Virus record (IMG/VR): IMGVR_UViG_3300044691_000347
Span: 1-64,000 of that record
Source: a virus
DNA: 64,000 nt
Reading direction: 5' to 3' (one strand)
The position numbers and the translations under genes are program-made. This document shows positions 59,247-64,000 of the stretch, piece after piece. The first letter of the stretch is position 1. Every line of letters begins with the position of its first letter. Under the pieces are notes generated by a model that saw only the letters and a program-made list of their open reading frames with translations, ran no database searches and was not told the DNA's origin.

Positions 59247-59837
59247 CTAGGCGCTCTTGTCGCGAGGATCGACGGTGCGTCGCGGTTTGGTGTGCGGGTG
59301 GTCGATGTCGCGGTCGTACCAAGCGAGCGGGGGCGCGTATCCGCCGCGGGTGCGTGCGCGTCGGCCACCGTCGATGGATGGTCCTTGTGTGCCGGATAGT
59401 TCGTTGTAGAGGTCTCGGCAGTCAGCCCATGTCTTGTATGTGATGTGGTCGCGGCGCAAGCTGTCGTTCAGTACGAGCCGGTCGGGGTGTCCGAGCCGCT
59501 GTGCGAGGATCGTGGTCGGCCAGCCGATGGCGTTGAGTGCCCGGATGCGCCGGCGGGCGCCGATGGCGGGCACAAGTTTTTGTTTCGGATGTGGATGGTG
59601 GTCGATCTTCCATATTTTGGCTGCGATTTCGATTCGTACATGGTCGGTGTTGCGACGTTCGATGTGGCTGATGGTTTGCATATCGAGTTCGGCTGCGTGG
59701 GCGATCATCGAATTGGTGATGCCGAGGTTGTGTAGGTGTTCGATGCGGTTTTGAACGAGATGGATGGGCATGGTGGCGGGTTCGCCGCATGTCTGGCGCG
59801 TCCGATACATTTTGGATGCACGGGCTGTGCGGGTCAT
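59247..59837 (-). CDS. HTH DNA-binding protein, paralog A
   Basis: GARRRIRAL.AIGW...LS...GPS...PPLAW..DID.P. Confidence 0.7.
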   Translation of the reverse strand: MTRTARASKMYRTRQTCGEPATMPIHLVQNRIEHLHNLGITNSMIAHAAELDMQTISHIERRNTDHVRIEIAAKIWKIDHHPHPKQKLVPAIGARRRIRALNAIGWPTTILAQRLGHPDRLVLNDSLRRDHITYKTWADCRDLYNELSGTQGPSIDGGRRARTRGGYAPPLAWYDRDIDHPHTKPRRTVDPRDKSA

Positions 59838-60694
59838 GCTGCTGTCTGCTGTCGTAGTTCGCGACGCATCCGGACTAACGCTTGATCTGCGGTGGCTAGT
59901 TTGACACCCAAAACTTGGGCGACTCTGGTTTTGTTCCAGTTGTGTTCGATTGCGTGATTCAAAACCGCTGTCCGCTCAGGTTTCGGAATTTCGCCTTCAT
60001 GCTCGCCCCGCAAGATTCGATGTAACAGAACTTCGTCGACGGCTGGATCGGCATCGTCTTCCGTTTCGACCGGCTCTCGCCAAGGATCGTCTATGTCGAT
60101 CCCTTCCCATGCGAGCGGAGGGAGCCAACCCCTTTTGGCTGCTCGGTCACGAGTTATGCTGCTCGGTCCTGGTGTACCCGATAGCTGGTCGTATACGTCT
60201 GCTACGGCATGCCACGTCTCATAGAGGTTCCCGAGGCGCGGGTGGGCCCATTGGTGAACCTGGGCATCAGATACATCGAGAAGATCACCTAACGCAGCTT
60301 GTGTCCATCCGATGGTCAGCAAGGCTTGCAACCGTCGGCGAGTTCCGTGGGCAGGCACGATCAGGCCACTCTGGGCAGGGACGGGCACATGTCCGACCAT
60401 GCGGAGGCGTCCAGCGATTGCATGCTGTGTCAACTGTCGGCGCGCCAACCTTATTCTGTACACCGCAGCGTGGCTGACACCGGCAGCCGCACCGATCGCG
60501 GGGTCTCCGAAGCCCATGCCGTGCAGCCATCGCACATGGTCGCCGATAGTGTCGGCGGAGATCGAAGTCGGTAGTCCTTGAACTCGTCGTCCATACAAGA
60601 TTTTCTGTGTCTTGTAAGCGCCGAGGACAGGACGTTCCGAGTGGCGATCGACTGTCACACTATGACGCCATTCGGCTTTCTTACGCGCGGTCAT
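59834..60694 (-). CDS. HTH DNA-binding protein, paralog B
   Basis: GTRRRLQAL..IGW...LS..PGPS...PPLAW..DIDDP. Confidence 0.7.
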   Translation of the reverse strand: MTARKKAEWRHSVTVDRHSERPVLGAYKTQKILYGRRVQGLPTSISADTIGDHVRWLHGMGFGDPAIGAAAGVSHAAVYRIRLARRQLTQHAIAGRLRMVGHVPVPAQSGLIVPAHGTRRRLQALLTIGWTQAALGDLLDVSDAQVHQWAHPRLGNLYETWHAVADVYDQLSGTPGPSSITRDRAAKRGWLPPLAWEGIDIDDPWREPVETEDDADPAVDEVLLHRILRGEHEGEIPKPERTAVLNHAIEHNWNKTRVAQVLGVKLATADQALVRMRRELRQQTAA

Positions 60695-61125
60695 GTTGCC
60701 TTCACATTTGTGGATAGTGCTTCGCGGATAGACTGTCCGGACATTGCGAGAGTTTTCCCGATTCGTGCCGTGCTCCATCCGCGCGCATAGAGTGCGCGGG
60801 CGTAAACTTTTTTGTCTCCGTATGGGATTATCGATGGTTTGCCGGACAGGATTCGGTCGATAAGTACGGGATCGACATAGGGGATCATGCATGCGCGAGC
60901 TTCGGTGATGCTCAAGGTTGCGATGCGGTCTGCGTGTTCGCGTCGGACCGTTTTCTGCCGGCCTCTCGCAACGACATGTGCAGTGGAGATGGGAATTCCA
61001 GCTAGCTTCGCCACCCTCTGATATGGGACTCCGGCAGCACGGAAGGCAAGTAGCCGACGTTTTGTCTCGTCAGCGTCGAGGTAGCCATGGTTCAACAACC
61101 ATTCGCGGTAATTCGGTACGGTCAT
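60691..61125 (-). CDS. HTH DNA-binding protein
   Basis: YQRVAKLAGIPIST; GWSTARIGKTLAMSGQSI. Confidence 0.65.
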   Translation of the reverse strand: MTVPNYREWLLNHGYLDADETKRRLLAFRAAGVPYQRVAKLAGIPISTAHVVARGRQKTVRREHADRIATLSITEARACMIPYVDPVLIDRILSGKPSIIPYGDKKVYARALYARGWSTARIGKTLAMSGQSIREALSTNVKAT

Positions 61126-61811
61126 GCGGCTTGCGCTCTCTGTGTGCGGATAGGCCATTGAATTGACACGTCGGTGTACGGCTTGCCCTGCTTCTCCAAG
61201 TACTCGATGAACGACAACTGACGGTCGCGATGCCATGCGGCCTGTTTGGTCATGAGTTCGTCGACGGTGTACTCGGCGAGCTGCGGATAGACTCGCGGTA
61301 GCCGCCATGCGAGCCGTGCGGCGGCTATCGAATCGGCTTCGGCGTCGTGGGCGTTGTCGAGTCGTACTCCGTAGTGACCGCACACGTCGACCAGCTTCCG
61401 GCGTCCCTTGCGGAACCGATCAAATTGTTGATCCAGGACTCTCACATCAACGATCAGCCCGCGGACCTCGAAATCCGGTGCGTACGTGGCGAGCAGGCTG
61501 AAGTCAAAGCTCCCGTTGTACACCGCGACATAGCGGCCTTCAGCCCAGCACGCGTACAGAGCGTCTACAGTCTCGCGCACTACTTCGGCGTGCGGGCGAC
61601 CATACTTCTGCGCATACTCCGTTGAGATCCCGTGCACCTCAGTGGCTTCCGCGGGGATCGGGATCCCGGGATCGGCCAACCATCGCTTGCAGTGAATGTC
61701 GCTTCCGTCGATCCGTGGAAGGCAGCCAGTCACGATGCGATCAGTGAACACATCGGTACCCGTTGACTCCAGGTCAAAGGCCGCGGCAGGCATTTCGGTC
61801 CAACTGGTCAC
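61122..61811 (-). CDS. DnaQ-like DEDDh 3'-5' exonuclease
   Basis: FDLESTG, VHGIS, YN..FD, AHDAEAD. Confidence 0.9.
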   Translation of the reverse strand: MTSWTEMPAAAFDLESTGTDVFTDRIVTGCLPRIDGSDIHCKRWLADPGIPIPAEATEVHGISTEYAQKYGRPHAEVVRETVDALYACWAEGRYVAVYNGSFDFSLLATYAPDFEVRGLIVDVRVLDQQFDRFRKGRRKLVDVCGHYGVRLDNAHDAEADSIAAARLAWRLPRVYPQLAEYTVDELMTKQAAWHRDRQLSFIEYLEKQGKPYTDVSIQWPIRTQRAQAA

Positions 61812-62010
61812 TGTTGCCTCTCCCAGGCGTCGAGGACGGTTTGTCCGGGCAGGATGTAGATGGCGCGGTAGAGGTCACGCTGATTGGCGTAGCGGAGGGC
61901 TGCTAGCTCGTCGTCACCGAAATATGCGACCCCGAAGCAATCCCCGCCCTCGCCGGCTCGCGCCCCCTGAAGCGGGATCGCGAGCCAGCCGCCGTCGATA
62001 GGCGCGGTCA

Positions 62011-62682
62011 CTACGATTCCGGATCCGGCGGGAACATGGCACCGTCTTCGGCGTACGGGACGTCGGCGTAGTGGGAGGCGGGGACGTCCTGGACAGCATC
62101 CGAGGGCGCCGCCCTCCCGTAGCTGACGACGTTGGCCCGTTCCTTCCACAAGTGCACCAGGCGGTCTCGGTGCCCCCCCAGGTCGAACGTCTTCAGTTGG
62201 GTGCCGATCGAGTGGAGCGCTCCACGATCGGCAGCCTTTGCGATACCCGCTGCGATCTCTTCCGCCTGCGCATCACTGATCACGGGCGGCCCATCCGGGA
62301 GCGGCTCGACGACGAACGGCTTACGTTTTCCGCGCGTGACAGTGAGCGCGAGGGTCAGTTGCTTGCTGATATGCGACAGGGCCTTGATTCGGATGCCACC
62401 GACTTTTTCGGGGCCGAAACGGATTTCGGGGTCGCGGTAGATCATCATGCGCCGACCCGCGTACGTGCTGGACTCCGCACCCCACGCGTTGATGAGAACA
62501 CGGATCATGCTTTTACCTGGCCGGTAGGGGCGTCCGGGGCCGAACTCGACGGTGACGATTTCAACCGGTTGCTCGGCATTGCCCTTGCGGGTTTCGGTGA
62601 TGGTGACGACACGCGGACCAGACATCAGATCATCTGCGTTGATCTGGTCGGATTTCGGTGCGGCGGCTTCGGAAATGTCCAT
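62011..62682 (-). CDS. Recombination-module partner of YqaJ (putative ssDNA-binding or annealing protein)
   Basis: KSDQINADDL..GP...PYRPGKSM.RVL...VGGIRI..LSHI; acidic tail; 1 nt from the YqaJ gene. Confidence 0.6.
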   Translation of the reverse strand: MDISEAAAPKSDQINADDLMSGPRVVTITETRKGNAEQPVEIVTVEFGPGRPYRPGKSMIRVLINAWGAESSTYAGRRMMIYRDPEIRFGPEKVGGIRIKALSHISKQLTLALTVTRGKRKPFVVEPLPDGPPVISDAQAEEIAAGIAKAADRGALHSIGTQLKTFDLGGHRDRLVHLWKERANVVSYGRAAPSDAVQDVPASHYADVPYAEDGAMFPPDPES

Positions 62683-62683
62683 G

Positions 62684-63565
62684 TCAAAACCTCATCTCGG
62701 TGAGTTCACGTTCAGTGGTGGGCAGCCCTTCGATGGCCTCGCCATAGAGGCGGACCATCTCGGCGGCGTTCGCCTCGAATGCGCGGACGGCTTCGAGGAT
62801 TGCCTCAAACCACTTCTGCTGTGGCAGCACTCGGCTTACATAGAGGGGCATCCCCCCTGCGAAAGACACGTAGTCGCACCACGCGCGTCCGGAGACGAGC
62901 AGCCCGCATTGCATCTGCGCCATGTTCTCGATTGGCGGGTGGTCTGCGAGGATCGTTTCAAGGTGGATCTTCGGGCGCCGGGATTTCACCTCGATCAATC
63001 CGTCAGCGCCGACGAGACCGTCCGGGGAGTAGCCAAGTTGGATGCCGCGGTGCTCACGAACCATGAAACCGACTTCTTGGACGGGGGCGTAGTGCTCGCT
63101 GTACTTGTCGCGGGCGCGGGGTTCGTCTTCGAGGCCACGGAACATGTCTTCACTCATGAATGTGGGATCGATCCATCCGGTGATGCGTTCGGCGACGAGC
63201 AATGCTGTGAGGCCGCGGGATGTGTCGTTGCTGGCGGTCTCGAACCTGGTGTTCGCGGAGTTGCGGCGGGCCAGTTCGGCGCGTTCCGGATGCAGGGTCT
63301 TGATTGCTGCGTCGGCCTTAACTTTGCTACGGCACGGGTCGTTTGCTGCCGCGCCACATGCAGTGCAGACGTAGTCGGACGCGGAGGGCTTGCGTGTGGT
63401 GATGAGGTTGCCGACGACGGACGCGGTGACGATCCCTCGCCGCTGGGCGAGCCATTCGTCCGAGCCCTGGAGTAGGTCTGGATAGACACTGAGGTGCGCC
63501 CGGTGCCATTCAGGTGAGCCGTGCTCGGTGGGCGGGAGTTCGTGGCGCATAGCGAGTTCGGTCAT
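62684..63565 (-). CDS. YqaJ/lambda-exonuclease family recombination nuclease
   Basis: QGSDEW...R.G.VTAS, G..DEP.AR, SPDGLV, IEVK, QMQ..L. Confidence 0.9.
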   Translation of the reverse strand: MTELAMRHELPPTEHGSPEWHRAHLSVYPDLLQGSDEWLAQRRGIVTASVVGNLITTRKPSASDYVCTACGAAANDPCRSKVKADAAIKTLHPERAELARRNSANTRFETASNDTSRGLTALLVAERITGWIDPTFMSEDMFRGLEDEPRARDKYSEHYAPVQEVGFMVREHRGIQLGYSPDGLVGADGLIEVKSRRPKIHLETILADHPPIENMAQMQCGLLVSGRAWCDYVSFAGGMPLYVSRVLPQQKWFEAILEAVRAFEANAAEMVRLYGEAIEGLPTTERELTEMRF

Positions 63566-63668
63566 CAGTGGCCGCCCAGAAGTATGTAAATGACGAAGAT
63601 AAGAGTCGCCCCGAGCGCCATGGCGGCCAGTTCGGCGAGGAGTCCGTACATCAGTCCACGGAAGGTGT

Positions 63669-63920
63669 TCACTTCTCCCCCTTCAATCGCCGAATTTCGT
63701 CTGCCTGTCCGTCGATCACGGTCTGCTGGTAGTCGACAGCGGTTCGGAGGGCGGAAACCTCGCGTGCCATCGCCGTGACCTGTCGGGCCAAACCGAGAAC
63801 GGCCAAACTCATCTGGTCGGCGTCGTTGATGTCGGCCCAGCCGATGTCGTCTTGGGCGGCCTGCGCGTGTTTGACCAGGTCATCGGCTGGTCGAAGGTCT
63901 GTCGTATGATGTTCGTGCAT
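63669..63920 (-). CDS. Small coiled-coil hypothetical protein
   Basis: AAAGGA RBS; heptad pattern. Confidence 0.5.
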   Translation of the reverse strand: MHEHHTTDLRPADDLVKHAQAAQDDIGWADINDADQMSLAVLGLARQVTAMAREVSALRTAVDYQQTVIDGQADEIRRLKGEK

Positions 63921-64000
63921 GCCGCGTGATCCTTTGCTTGGGCGTGGTGCGCATTGCCCGTCCCCCATGCCAGTGGGGGCGGGCGTTTTAGTGTTTAGAA

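Noticed and set aside
1-64000. CRISPR array, integrase/att site, reverse transcriptase/DGR, transposase
   Set aside because: No regularly spaced repeats or diagnostic motifs found in the window

Overview
A 64-kb stretch of a high-GC actinobacteriophage or prophage. The host is probably a mycolic-acid actinomycete such as Nocardia, Rhodococcus or Gordonia, inferred from the host-like DnaN, a WhiB and a PE-PPE/cutinase hydrolase. Most genes lie on the minus strand. Read right to left they run: recombination (YqaJ exonuclease and partner), DnaQ-like exonuclease, HTH proteins, HNH, replication initiator, C5 DNA methyltransferase, many small accessory ORFs, WhiB, RuvC-like resolvase, beta clamp, an RNA end-healing/sealing cluster (cREC receiver, metallophosphoesterase, RNA ligase, PNKP), MazG-like pyrophosphatase, a compact 7-deazaguanine module (VUT transporter, QueF-like, TGT/DpdA-like), an RNA-rich island of about 2.5 kb, NrdH, a papain-like protease, terminase small and large subunits, portal, minor capsid, scaffold and major capsid. 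Two plus-strand cassettes (37.3-43.9 kb and 52.9-54.2 kb) have their own sigmaA-type promoters and palindromic operator candidates. The most unusual part is the RNA island at 10.8-13.2 kb. It holds tRNA-Thr(AGT), an 8/4 tRNA-Ser(TGA), an fMet-derived tRNA(CAT), a mini-tRNA with no anticodon arm, a pseudo-tRNA, two further structured elements, and an ornate RNA of about 450 nt containing a domain that matches the hatchet self-cleaving ribozyme architecture. All RNA folds were done by eye and family matches are from memory; none was computed. No integrase, tail or lysis genes and no CRISPR array were seen.
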